Assembly: GCA_965228735.1 (NCBI GenBank) | Contig: OZ245838.1 | Location: 5,120,001-5,184,000 of the forward strand | DNA length: 64,000 nucleotides | Direction: 5' to 3' | Source of the DNA: Planctomycetota bacterium | GTDB lineage: Bacteria; Planctomycetota; UBA1135; UBA2386 | Part shown: piece by piece, positions 37,901 to 49,597 of the stretch | How the letters are laid out: every line of letters starts with the position of its first letter | How positions within the stretch are numbered: position 1 is the first letter of the stretch | Notes under the pieces: model-generated | What the model was told of the DNA's origin: nothing | Seen by the model: the letters and a program-made list of their open reading frames with translations, nothing else | Database searches by the model: none | Translations under genes and position numbers: made by a program

Positions 37901-38175
37901 TGCGCGGCCCGGCGCAGATCCCGGACGGCGCGAGCGAGCGGGCGCGGGAGTGGTACATGCGTCGTGGCGGCCCGCGGGTCGGCCCCGGCACCTACACGCT
38001 GCGCCTCGCGGTCGACGGCGAGACCATGACCCGCGAGCTCGAGGTCGAGATCGACCCCGACAACCCGGATCCGGTCTGGCTGAGCAACGAGCAGGCCAAT
38101 GAAGCCTTTCAGGCCGAGAACGGTACTCTCGATGGCGATGGCGAGGGCGACGAAGAGACTGACGGCGACCGCTGA
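34966..38175 (+). CDS. Secreted BNR/Asp-box (Vps10/sortilin-like) beta-propeller protein with an inserted PDZ domain
   Basis: WRSIGP..MGGRI; repeated S/T.DGG.TW Asp-boxes; VYGGLQDNGSW; PDZ-like TPAKKAGLKQGDIVLAIGG. Confidence 0.85.
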   Translation: MSRSLTALSAVLSVTFALSATAQQLPESWADQLDWRSIGPSTMGGRIIALAVYEAEPSTWWAATASGGLLKTTNNGTTFEHQFDREAVVSIGHVAVAQSDKNVVWVGTGEGNPRNSVSYGNGVYKSTDSGKTWSHMGLDESFQIGRIAIHPENPDVVYVGALGRLYGPNEQRGLYKTTDGGKSWTRMLFVDDKTGVIDIDMHPEDPDTLLVATYERERDGFDTNDPAKKYGPGSGMWKTTDGGATWKKLTDGLPTCDFGRVGIDYYRKDPNVVMAIVESEMIAKQPEDAPYHGAAVESADAGVRITRVEPQRRRGGSRGDRGGRGRGGDEEGSSEEKKPEPTPAKKAGLKQGDIVLAIGGERVNTQSEFERECRQHKAGDSVKFTVVRDRKDHEIVVKFGKYPEGTRSPFTGTLGGQAADMQDLQGKNGHEYGGIYKSTDGGETWKRINTLNPRPMYYSQIRIDPSNSDNVMVLGTSLYRSTDGGKSFDRGAGRGMHVDHHAEWIDPNNGDHIIHGCDGGVYVTYDAGKNWDHLNHVAIGQFYHVGVSSDRNYRVYGGLQDNGSWGGPSRTAGTGARNHDWVRVGGGDGFRCLVDPDDKNVVYSQSQNGPPGWRNLETSARGSLRSRGRGGNRERIRFNWETPYILSDHNSKIVYTAGNKVMKSLNRGANMQVISPDITNTDRGSATALAESPRDAGIVYVGTDDGALWVTHDGGDEWIDCFATGAGDPTEEAAAESSTEGGPAAAEDTAFSAQPINELVPGPRWVSEIVASRFDSKRAYVTLDGHRSDDDAAYVFRTDDGGLNWESLTASLPEFAGSTRTICEDPVNEDVLYLGTEFSAFVSLDRGKNWTRMNGDLPTVSVHAFAVNVPSGEMVAGTHGRSLWITSVNEIRQMTKEVLEKDMHFYEPVSAIIWKSDLSTGGTNRRFVGENPGSGARLVYHLKKKARSAKIEVLDSSGKAVRTMECPTDAGLHAVSWNLRGPAQIPDGASERAREWYMRRGGPRVGPGTYTLRLAVDGETMTRELEVEIDPDNPDPVWLSNEQANEAFQAENGTLDGDGEGDEETDGDR

Positions 38176-38245
38176 TCGGCGGTCGCCGCCGCGGGCCGGC
38201 GAATTGGCGCCAACGGATCCGGCGTATGCTGCGTAGATTCGCAGC

Positions 38246-40320
<2,075 letters not shown>

Positions 40321-40324
<4 letters not shown>

Positions 40325-42582
40325 CCGTCCGACTGCGCCACGCCGCCGACGTAGAGCGGCGCCGCCGTGATCGTCGGGCGTTCGCCGATCGCCGGGTCTT
40401 CCCACGGCGTCGAGGTCGGGGCGCTGATCGGATCGTCGAGGTTGAAGCCCTGCGCGGTGTAGACCGTCGACGGGCTGCCCACCGAGTTCATGATCTGCTC
40501 GCCCTCGAGCTGCTTCACGAGGTAGGTGGACTGACCGGACGTCAGCTGCGTGCCCGACGGGATGTTGAAGCCCGGATACCACCGGCTGTCGCTCGTGTTC
40601 TCGGTGTAGGGGATGCCGCCGAGATGGGCGCCGTCCCATTCGAGCACGAACGACCGGTTGTGGAACGCCGACGTCGCTTCGTCGTGCGTGTAGTTGAACG
40701 TCGTGGGCGGATCGAAGCTCACGATCGTGTCGTTACTGTCCTTGAGCGTTCGCAGCTGGTTCCACGCGTTGGTGCCGATCGTCCAGTCATACGTCGTGTC
40801 CTGGTTGCCGGCTTCGCCGAGCGAGGTCAGGGCGGTCGGGAACAGCGGGCCGCAGTTGAGGCCGAACATGCCCGGGCCCTGCGTGACCGTCACACCGTTC
40901 TGGAAGTTCACGTCGTTGCCGCCGAGCGTCAGCATCAGCGTCGTCTTGTTGAACACGTAGGTCTGGTTGCCGGACGACACGCTCGTCGCGTCGGGCAGAT
41001 ACGGCGTCTCGGCGCTCGCGAAGTTGGCCTGGTTGCTCGTGATGTCGGCCTTGAGCATGTGGAAGTAGCCGTTGAGCGTGAGATCGCCGCCCGCGAGCTC
41101 GGGCGAGTTCGACGTCACGGTCGTCGACTTCCACACGCCTGCCGGGGTCGTGTTGCCGATCGTCGCCGGCCAGACGAACTCGACGTTGCCGCGGGCGTTG
41201 TTCCACATGTTGACCCACTGGCCCTGCGTGTAGGAGCTCTCGATGTTCACGGGCGAGCTTTCGGCCGTCCAGCTGCCGCCCGAACGCGTGGCCGTGCGCA
41301 CGAACTGCTGGCCCGTCCACGCGACGCGGATCTCGGTGCCGGCGTTGGGGTCGAACAGCTCGAACTGCTCGTCGATGATGTCACCGAGAGTGAGCGCGGT
41401 GCGCGTGCGCTTCTCGAGCCTGCCGGGGACGACGACGACGGTGTACGGCGTCGTGGTGTTGTTGCTGAAGCTGCGGCGCAGGACCGGCATGCCATCGGAC
41501 ACGGTGATGCCCTCCGGGAACCAGATGCCGTGGAAGCCGGCGAAGCCGTAGTTGCCGTTCGTGTCCTCGATCGGGAAGCCCGAGAGCTGCGCCACGCGCG
41601 TCTCGGTCGTCGCGTCGTACACCCCGTAGTTGAAGACGTACGTCGTGAAGTTATTGCGGTCCTTGACGTCGAGCGCGTTGCTGTTGGTCACATCGCGCAG
41701 CGCGACGTAGTCGGCGTTGAACTGCATCTGGTACTCGCCCTGATCGGTGAACGAGCCCACGTTCGGTACGCCGTTCGCGACGTACTTGTACTCCGAGTAA
41801 GCCCGACCGGTGTCGGCCGACGGATCGCCGATCACGTGCACGCGTTCGCGCGTGTGGAACTCGCCGCTCGGCACGGTGCCGTCCACGTCGCCGTTCCACA
41901 TGTAGAACTCGAGCTCGGTCTGGCTGTCCGTGCGCGGGACGGTGCGCAGGTAGCCCTGGAACATCGTGTCGGTGCTCGTCGACGGCAGCGTCGTCCGGAT
42001 CGACTTGAAGTTGAGCGTGAAGTCGCCGAGCGGCTGGCTGTCGGTCGGCTCCGTGCGGACGGTGAGCAGGCCGTAGATGTAGGCCTCGACGTTCTGGCCC
42101 ATCGCCTCCTTCTGGTGCACCCAGAACTTGACGACCTGCGGCGCGGAGTTGTTGGCGCGGGTCGACTCGACGACCCACTCCTCGTACTCGGTGCCCTCGT
42201 TGCCGCGTTCGCCGCCGCCGCTGCCGCGTTCCTTGTTCTCGACGAGCGCGCGATAAGCGCCGGCGTTGGTCTGATCCGCGTACTTCGTCTGGCTCAGCGA
42301 GTTGAGGATCATGTTGACCGTGTCGAGCGTCTCCATGGAGTCGTCACGGACCCACATGCGCGTCGGGTCGGTCTCGTAGTCGCTGCCGGCGATGGCGCGC
42401 ACGCCCTTCGGCAGCTTGAGCGTCGTGGTGCCGGTGTTGTCGGAGTCGACGATCGCGACCTGTTGTGGGCCGCTGAGGCCGCTCACCGAGCCGGAAGAAC
42501 CGCCGCCGCCACAGGCAGCGAGCGTCAGCGCGGTGGTGGTGAGAAGAAGAGAGCTACGAGCGGTGGAGTGTCTTTCTGCCAT
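40321..42582 (-). CDS. Hypothetical lipoprotein, beta-rich
   Basis: Lipobox LAAC followed by GGGG; Thr/Ser/Asn-rich; GAGG upstream of ATG 42582. Confidence 0.75.
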
Positions 42583-42721
42583 GGCATGGTCCTCACGGTT
42601 CCTGGGAACGCTGCCGGCATCGGCTCGACACGCCGATTTCTGTACAGGGGATTTCCCTGGATCGGCAAAAAACGTGAGCCGCGCGCATGCGGCTCGCCCT
42701 GACTCCACTTACCGCCGCGGG

Positions 42722-43867
42722 TTACGAGTGCGCGGTCGCTTCGAGCTCTTCGTAGACCGTCGAGCGCTGCACCGGAGCGAAGCCGGCCTCGCGGATCAGG
42801 TGGCCGATCTGGTCCACGTGCAGGACCTCGGGTTCGGTCGTGCCCGCATCGTGCGTGATCTTCTCCTCGGTCACCGTGCCGTCGATGTCGTTCGCCCCGA
42901 AGCTCAGCGCGGTCTGGGCCGACTCCTGGGTCAGCATGATCCAGTACGCCTTGATGTGGGGGAAGTTGTCGAGCATCAGGCGCCCGACCGCGATCGAGCG
43001 CTGATCGAGGTGACCGGTCGTGACGTGGCCGTAGTTGGCGAGGTCCGTGTGGTAGGGCCAGAACGCGAGCGGGATGTAGGCCATGAAGTTGCCGCACTCG
43101 TCTTGCAGCTCGCGCAGCCGGATCAGGTGCGTGACGCGCTCCTCGACCTTCTCGATGTGGCCGTAGAGCATCGTCGCGTTCATCTTGAAGCCGGCCTTCT
43201 GCACCTTGCGCGCCGTGTCGATCCAGCCGTCGGGGCTCTGCTTCTCGCGGAACACGGCGCGGTGCACGCGGTCGGTGAGCACCTCCGCGCCGCCGCCGGG
43301 ACAGCTGCCGAGACCGGCCTCGCGCAGATCGGCGAACACCTCGTCCTCGCTCTTCCCCGAGATCTTCAGCATGTGGTCGATCTCGACCATCGTGAACGCC
43401 TTGACGTGGATGTCCGGACGCGCGCGCTTCGCCGCCCGCACGACGTCGAGGTAGTACTCGTAGGGCATCGTCGGGTGGATGCCCGCGACCATGTGCACCT
43501 CGGTGACCGGCCGGTGCAGCTGCTCCTTGACCTTCTGCTCGACGATCTCGGGCGTCATGAGGTAGCCGCGCTCCTCGCCCTCCTTGGCCGCGAACGCGCA
43601 GAACTTGCACGAGTACACGCAGATGTTGGTGTAGTTGACGTGCTGGTTGATGTTGAAGTAGGTCTTGTTGCCGTGGCGTTCGCGACGCACGCGGTGCGCC
43701 ATGAGCCCGAGCGCAGCGAGGTGCGGGGTCTGGTAGAGACGCACGCCATCCTCGAACGACAGCCGCTCGCCGGCGCGGACCTTGCTGTCGATGTCGCCGA
43801 GGCCGGCCTGGTCGATCAGCCTGGTGGCGACGGTGTCGTCGAGATGCGCGTAGGAGGCGTGCTTCAT
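42722..43867 (-). CDS. mqnE: Aminofutalosine synthase (radical SAM)
   Basis: NYTNICVYSCKFC, HVKAFT, PGGGAE, NATMLYGH, DNFPHIKAYW and GANDIDGTV. Confidence 0.9.
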   Translation of the reverse strand: MKHASYAHLDDTVATRLIDQAGLGDIDSKVRAGERLSFEDGVRLYQTPHLAALGLMAHRVRRERHGNKTYFNINQHVNYTNICVYSCKFCAFAAKEGEERGYLMTPEIVEQKVKEQLHRPVTEVHMVAGIHPTMPYEYYLDVVRAAKRARPDIHVKAFTMVEIDHMLKISGKSEDEVFADLREAGLGSCPGGGAEVLTDRVHRAVFREKQSPDGWIDTARKVQKAGFKMNATMLYGHIEKVEERVTHLIRLRELQDECGNFMAYIPLAFWPYHTDLANYGHVTTGHLDQRSIAVGRLMLDNFPHIKAYWIMLTQESAQTALSFGANDIDGTVTEEKITHDAGTTEPEVLHVDQIGHLIREAGFAPVQRSTVYEELEATAHS

Positions 43868-43906
43868 GAGTTCCGCGTGTGAGGTTTCAGCGTAGTCGGG
43901 CCAGGC

Positions 43907-45112
43907 TCAGCCGTTGGCCTGAGCCTCGACCTGTGAGACGACCTTCTTCTTCTGACCCTTCGGCTTGCCGAACTTGTCGGTCTCCGGCGTGGCGACGGGC
44001 TCGTAGAGCATGTTGCGTCGCTGCGGCACGAACCCCGCGTCCTTGATGTGGCGTTCGATCTCCGGAATCGATGCCGGGTGCGTGCAGCCGGCCGAGCTCA
44101 CGACGTTCTCCTCGAGCATCGCGGAGCCGAAGTCGTCGGCGCCCATCGACAGCCCGACCTGGCACGTCTTCATGCCCTGCGTGACGAAGCTCGACTGGAT
44201 GTGCTGCACGTTCTGCAAGAAGAGCCGCGAGAGACTCAGCGTGCGCAGGTACTCGGCGACCGTCGCCTTGAGGCCCCCGCGATCGCTCAGCAGTCGGTCG
44301 CCCATCGCCGTGTTCTCCGGCTGGAACGTCCACGGGATGAACGCGGTGAACACGCCGCCCGTCTCCTGCTGCAGCTCGCGGATGCGCAGCATGTGCTCGA
44401 TGCGCTCCTCGTCGGTCTCGACGTGGCCGAACATCATCGTCGCCGTGCCGCGCCCGCCGAGCGCGCTCCACTGCCGGTAGACCTCGAGCCATTCATCGGT
44501 CGTCGCCTTCTTCGGCGCGATGATCTGCCGCACGCGTTCGACGAGGATCTCCGCGCCGCCGCCCGGGATCGAATCGAGCCCGGCCGCCTTCAGGTCCGTC
44601 AGGATCTCCTGCACCGGCCGCTTCTCGATCTTGCTCAGGTGCGTGATCTCCGGCGGGCTCATGCCGTGGATCCAGATCTGCGGGTAGCGCTTCTTCAGAT
44701 CCGTGAAGAGCTCCGCATACCACCCGGTAGTGAGCTTGGGGTGATGCCCACCCTGCAGCAGCAGCTGGATGCCGCCCTGGCTGATCAAGTCGTCGACCTT
44801 CTGATAGATGACCTCGCGCGGCAGGATGTAAGCCTCGGGGTCGCCCGGCGAACGATAGAACGCGCAGAACCCGCAGTCCGTGACGCAGACGTTGGTCGGG
44901 TTGAGGTTGCGGTCGACGATGTAGGTGACGCGCACCTTGCCGTCCTCGCCGGGCGGGTTGAGCCGCAGCCGAACCGTGTCCGCGAGCAGCCCGAGCGAGG
45001 GCTGATCGAGGCCGCGGTAGAGCAGCATGGCTTCGGTCGGCGACAGCTCGCCGCCGGCCACCGCCTTCTGAGCGGCGTCGCGAAGCTGAGCAGGGTCGAA
45101 GGCGGTCGTCAT
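43907..45112 (-). CDS. mqnC: Cyclic dehypoxanthine futalosine synthase (radical SAM)
   Basis: TYIVDRN.N.TNVCVTDCGFC, LLQGGHHP, SPPEI, ATMMFGH, FIPWTFQ, GADDFGS and EENVV. Confidence 0.9.
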   Translation of the reverse strand: MTTAFDPAQLRDAAQKAVAGGELSPTEAMLLYRGLDQPSLGLLADTVRLRLNPPGEDGKVRVTYIVDRNLNPTNVCVTDCGFCAFYRSPGDPEAYILPREVIYQKVDDLISQGGIQLLLQGGHHPKLTTGWYAELFTDLKKRYPQIWIHGMSPPEITHLSKIEKRPVQEILTDLKAAGLDSIPGGGAEILVERVRQIIAPKKATTDEWLEVYRQWSALGGRGTATMMFGHVETDEERIEHMLRIRELQQETGGVFTAFIPWTFQPENTAMGDRLLSDRGGLKATVAEYLRTLSLSRLFLQNVQHIQSSFVTQGMKTCQVGLSMGADDFGSAMLEENVVSSAGCTHPASIPEIERHIKDAGFVPQRRNMLYEPVATPETDKFGKPKGQKKKVVSQVEAQANG

Positions 45113-45285
45113 CGGGCGGAATACGGTAGGATTCGGGGCCGCCGCCGGAAAGGGCGCGGTCGCGGAACGCGGGTTCGCGTGGTCGGGCCGGGCGATCGGC
45201 GGCCCGCCAAGCAGAATCAGTTTTGAGCCACCGAAATTTCCCCCGCCCAAGAGCGGGTCGAGGAACGCGCCGAGGAGTTCGCCGA

Positions 45286-45993
45286 ATGGCCGCCACGTCT
45301 GCCAGTCCTGGCCGCGCCCTGGCGCTGCTGTTCTGCGGCGCGTTCCTGGGCTGCAGCTCGCGGGAGTCCGCCGAAGAACAGAACCGACTGGCGGTCGAAC
45401 TGCGCCGGGCAGGCCGGCTCGTCGAAGCCGAGGCCGGCCATCGCGCGGCCTTGCGGATCGCGCCCGACTACGCGGACGCCCACGCGGATCTCGGCAACAC
45501 GTTGTGCTGGCAGGGCCGCTATGAGGAGGCGATCGAGCACCTGAGCCGGGCGCTGCAGCTCGAGCCTTCGCATGCCCGGGCCCATGACGACCTCGGCGTC
45601 TGCCGGCGCGATCAGGGCCAGTTGGCTTTGGCGTTGCGCCATCACCGCGAGGCCGTGCGGCTCGACCCCGACAACAACAACGCCGAGCGCAACCTCGGCG
45701 AGACGCTGGCGCGACTGGGCGAGTTCGACGAGGCCATGGCGCATCTCGACCGCGCGGTCGCGCGGGACCCGGACGATGCCCGCGCCCATGCCGCGATCGG
45801 CATGGTGCACGGCATGCGCGGCGATTACGACCGGGCGCTCGCCGCGCTTCGGCGATCCGTGGCCCTCGACGCGACCCAGCCGATGGTTCTCAACAACCTG
45901 GGGATGGCGCTCTGGCGGGCAGGCGAGCCCGAGGCCGCCTGCGCGCGCTTCGACGAACTCGCCGAGATGCTGGCGATGTACGACAGCCAGTAG
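45286..45993 (+). CDS. TPR repeat lipoprotein
   Basis: Lipobox-like FLGC; about five TPRs (AHADLG..., AERNLG..., VLNNLG...). Confidence 0.8.
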   Translation: MAATSASPGRALALLFCGAFLGCSSRESAEEQNRLAVELRRAGRLVEAEAGHRAALRIAPDYADAHADLGNTLCWQGRYEEAIEHLSRALQLEPSHARAHDDLGVCRRDQGQLALALRHHREAVRLDPDNNNAERNLGETLARLGEFDEAMAHLDRAVARDPDDARAHAAIGMVHGMRGDYDRALAALRRSVALDATQPMVLNNLGMALWRAGEPEAACARFDELAEMLAMYDSQ

Positions 45994-46113
45994 CGCGACG
46001 GGGGTGCGGGATCGCCCGTCGTTGGTTCGGGTTCGCTCCTCGTGTTACCACGTGCGAAGGCGCCCGCTAGATCCGCACAGGCAACTCTCGAAACCAAGAT
46101 TCGGCCTGTCCCC

Positions 46114-49100
46114 ATGACGAACGAAGCGCACGTCGGCGCTGCTGGCGCCACCGGTCCGTACTCCCTGCACTCTGACCCTTTGCGGGCTCATCGGCTTGCG
46201 ACCAGTGCCCTGCCCGCTGCTTTGCCCTCTGTCCTGCTCGGGGTCGTGCTGTCGATCTCGGGTTGTTCGAGCGGCGACGAGTCGCCGCTGCCGATCGACT
46301 CGACCGGCGAGTTCGTCGTGCAGGGCGTGCACCCGCAGAACGGCGGACAGGTGTTCCTCAACGACGTGATCGCGTTCGACTTCTCGCATGCCGTCGACCT
46401 GCAGACGGTGAGCTTCAACTCGGTCGCGTTCCAGGCGCTCGATCCGCTCGGCGACCCGACGGGCGAGACGGTGTCCGGCACGTTCCGGCTCGCGGTGCGT
46501 CCTGGGGACACGGCGATCGGTCGTCGCCTCGAGTTCGAACCGCGGTTGCCGCGAACGGGAACGTACGACGACGGCGGCTTCAAACCGGGCCGCGAGTACC
46601 TCGTTCAACTCGTCGGCGGCGCGCGGCACAACGGCACAGGCGTGCAATCGACCGTTGGGCGGCCGCTCGCGGCGCTCGCGAGCTTCCGGTTCGCGGCGGT
46701 TGAGGGCTCGTCCGCGGCGCAGCTGTTCCGCAATCCGCTGCCCGGCGGGCCGCGCGGCATCGCGCCGCGGCTCACGATCACCGGCGCGACCTCGCTGCGT
46801 GAAGTGCCGCTCAATCTCTTCGGCGCGCGACCGGTCGAACTGCGGCTCACGTTCGATCAGGCGCTCAACCCGAGCTCGACCAACCTCCCGGTCGCGTTCG
46901 ATCCGGACCCGGCGACGCGGCGCCTGAGCGAACGCGGTCGGGTATGGCTCGAGTACGACGATCCGGAGTTCGGCGATGCGACGTGGATCCCCGCGCAGGT
47001 CGACCTCGAACGGAACGACTCGACGGGCGCGACCCTGGTGCTGCGGCCGATCGGTGTCCTGCCCAACAACGCGACCGTGCGCGTCATCGTCGAGGCGACC
47101 GTCGAGGACATCGCCGGTGAATCCAACGTCGGCGAGCCGGCGTTCGGCCGCGTGTTCGGTTCGTTCGACACGGTTGCGGCCTACGACCAGCAGTGGAACG
47201 GCATCGTCGAGACCTTCGATTCGACGGACCTGATCGACCTCGCCGCGGCGTTCCCCGAACCGATGGCGGAAGTCGGGCAGGGCTTCGTGCGCGCGGCGTT
47301 CGACTTCGGCGGTCTGCAGACGACGCAGGATTACCGGCCGACGGCGATCGAGGTCGTCCTCGACACGTCCTTCACGCAGGTCGTGCCGGTGACCGGGCCG
47401 CCGATCAACGTGTCGGGCGGCGTCTTCCGCTTCCACGACGTGACGATCCCGCAGGGGGTCACCGTGCAGGGGCGCGGGCCCAACCCGATGGTCTGGCTGT
47501 GCACCGGTGACATGCGCGTCGACGGCACGCTGTCCGTGCGCGGCGGCGACGGTGAACGCGTGAGCTCGCTCAACTCGGCGACGTTCGCGAAGGCGGGCGG
47601 CATCGGCGTCTGCGGCGGCGGCAACGGCGGCGACGGTTCCCCGAACTCCGGTGCCCGGAGCCCCACGGGTTCGGCCGGGCGGGGGCCGATGCAGGTGCCG
47701 GGTCGAGGCGGTCAGGGCGGTCTCCTGTCGTGTCTCGCGGGCTGCATGCAGAACGACGGTGGTGGTTCCGGCGGCGGCGGCGGCAGCCTCGCGACGCAGG
47801 GCGACCCGTTCTACGCGGCGCCGTTGCCCGGCACCGGTTACCGCCAGCTCGACGGCGATGGCGGCATGGGGTGCAGCAACTCCAACAGCAACCCGGTGCC
47901 GGCACGTTCGGCGACGTTGTTCGGCGGCGATGCCGGTGCCGTCGTGTTCGTCGATTCGCGTTCCGACAACGACTTCTTCGGCGCCGCGGTCGATCTCAAC
48001 CGCAACGTGCGCATCACCGGCGAGCTCGCGGTGCCGGTCGGCGGCGGCGGTGGTGGCGGTGGCGGTGACCATTCGCAGAACCTGGCGTGCGCGAACGACC
48101 CGTCGTGGATCGCCGACTCGAGCGGCGGCGGTGGTGGCGGCGGCGGCGGTGCGCTCATCGTGCGCGCGCTCGGCGAGATCGAGGTGAGCACGACGGGTCG
48201 CATCGTCGCGGATGGTGGTCACGGCGGCGGTGGCGCGTGGGCCGGCTCGTGCAACCGTGGCGGCGGTGGCGGCGCCGGCGCTGGCGGCATGGTCATCCTG
48301 ATGTCCAACGAGCGCATCGTGCTGCACACGCACGGCGGCAACAACCGCTGGAACTACGCGGAGCGGGACTACGACTTCTGCGTCTCGGCGGACGGCGGCG
48401 TCTGCACGACCGGCGGGTATGCGGGCACCGGCAGCGCGTGGCTCATCGAGAGCAAGTACCCAGCGCAGGGGCTGCCGACCTACACGGGCGAGCAGTACGA
48501 CCTCAACCCGCTCGGCGGCTTCGGCGGTCTCGGAATCGTTCAGCTCATGGCGCCCGTCGGTTCCACGAACCAGGACGGCACCAACACGGTGCTCGACGAC
48601 AACATCGTGCTGATGCGGAGCGGCCTGCCGCTCGCGGGCGCGGCCAAGCAGGCGGCGCTCGCATGGCGCGGGTTCCCTGACGGGGCCGGCGCGTTCTTCG
48701 ACGATGACGGCGATCCGGTCGCGATCGGCGACCAGCTCGGCGACATCCGACCGGCGCCGCAGCTCCTGCCCGTGCCGTTCGGCCCGAGGTCGCGCGTGCG
48801 ATCGCGATGGCTCGACACCGGCGCGAGCAAGCGCCGTCCGCTCGCGCAGGCCGACGGTCTGCCGCGCGGGCTCGTCACCGCGGGCGGGAACGTGGTCGGA
48901 CCCGTGTTCGAGTTCGCGGGCACGCAGAACGACGGCTTCGTGCAACCGACGATCTCCGGCAACTCGGCGATCATCGTGCCGGCCGAAGCCGTCGCTGCGA
49001 CGCCGATCGCTAGACTCGAGGCGGGTGTGAGTCATGGCGGGCAACCCGCGTATCGCATCGAACTCGCGGCACCCGCGCTCGGCCAGGTCACGGATCGCTA

Positions 49101-49569
49101 TCGCCAGCACGAGGCCCAGTTGCTCGATGCGGCCGATCAGGTGCGCGCGAGCCTGCCGGTCCTGGGGCACGGCAGCGACGTGCTGTTCGTCGCGACCGAC
49201 GACGTGCTGCCGGCCGGCGTCGAACGCGTGCGCATCGTGCGCAAGTTCTTCCGCATCGAGACGGGCGGCAGCGAAGGCCTCGGCCCGCTCGCAGACAGCG
49301 GGACCGAACCGATCGCGAACGTGCGTATCGGCTTCGCGTTCCACCAGGATCCGGGCTCGGCAACCGCCAGCCGCTACCCGGCCGACGACGACGAGTTCGT
49401 CTACTCACTGACCGACCCGCAGTTCCTCGAGTGGGTGCAGCTGGAAGGGGCGCCCGGCTTCGTGCAATGGGATGTCACGTTCGACATCGCGCACGCGCCG
49501 GGCACGTCGGCCGGGCCACGGTCCCCGCGCCCGCGGCTCGACTGGTTGCGGCTGCCGTTCCGCTTCTGA
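46114..49569 (+). CDS. Large putative lipoprotein with Ig-like domains and a glycine-rich region
   Basis: ISGC lipobox-like motif; Big_5-like segments; GGGGGGGG tracts with scattered Cys; ends in LPFRF. Confidence 0.75.
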   Translation: MTNEAHVGAAGATGPYSLHSDPLRAHRLATSALPAALPSVLLGVVLSISGCSSGDESPLPIDSTGEFVVQGVHPQNGGQVFLNDVIAFDFSHAVDLQTVSFNSVAFQALDPLGDPTGETVSGTFRLAVRPGDTAIGRRLEFEPRLPRTGTYDDGGFKPGREYLVQLVGGARHNGTGVQSTVGRPLAALASFRFAAVEGSSAAQLFRNPLPGGPRGIAPRLTITGATSLREVPLNLFGARPVELRLTFDQALNPSSTNLPVAFDPDPATRRLSERGRVWLEYDDPEFGDATWIPAQVDLERNDSTGATLVLRPIGVLPNNATVRVIVEATVEDIAGESNVGEPAFGRVFGSFDTVAAYDQQWNGIVETFDSTDLIDLAAAFPEPMAEVGQGFVRAAFDFGGLQTTQDYRPTAIEVVLDTSFTQVVPVTGPPINVSGGVFRFHDVTIPQGVTVQGRGPNPMVWLCTGDMRVDGTLSVRGGDGERVSSLNSATFAKAGGIGVCGGGNGGDGSPNSGARSPTGSAGRGPMQVPGRGGQGGLLSCLAGCMQNDGGGSGGGGGSLATQGDPFYAAPLPGTGYRQLDGDGGMGCSNSNSNPVPARSATLFGGDAGAVVFVDSRSDNDFFGAAVDLNRNVRITGELAVPVGGGGGGGGGDHSQNLACANDPSWIADSSGGGGGGGGGALIVRALGEIEVSTTGRIVADGGHGGGGAWAGSCNRGGGGGAGAGGMVILMSNERIVLHTHGGNNRWNYAERDYDFCVSADGGVCTTGGYAGTGSAWLIESKYPAQGLPTYTGEQYDLNPLGGFGGLGIVQLMAPVGSTNQDGTNTVLDDNIVLMRSGLPLAGAAKQAALAWRGFPDGAGAFFDDDGDPVAIGDQLGDIRPAPQLLPVPFGPRSRVRSRWLDTGASKRRPLAQADGLPRGLVTAGGNVVGPVFEFAGTQNDGFVQPTISGNSAIIVPAEAVAATPIARLEAGVSHGGQPAYRIELAAPALGQVTDRYRQHEAQLLDAADQVRASLPVLGHGSDVLFVATDDVLPAGVERVRIVRKFFRIETGGSEGLGPLADSGTEPIANVRIGFAFHQDPGSATASRYPADDDEFVYSLTDPQFLEWVQLEGAPGFVQWDVTFDIAHAPGTSAGPRSPRPRLDWLRLPFRF

Positions 49570-49597
49570 GCGAGTTTGCCCGCGAAACGCCCGGCGT

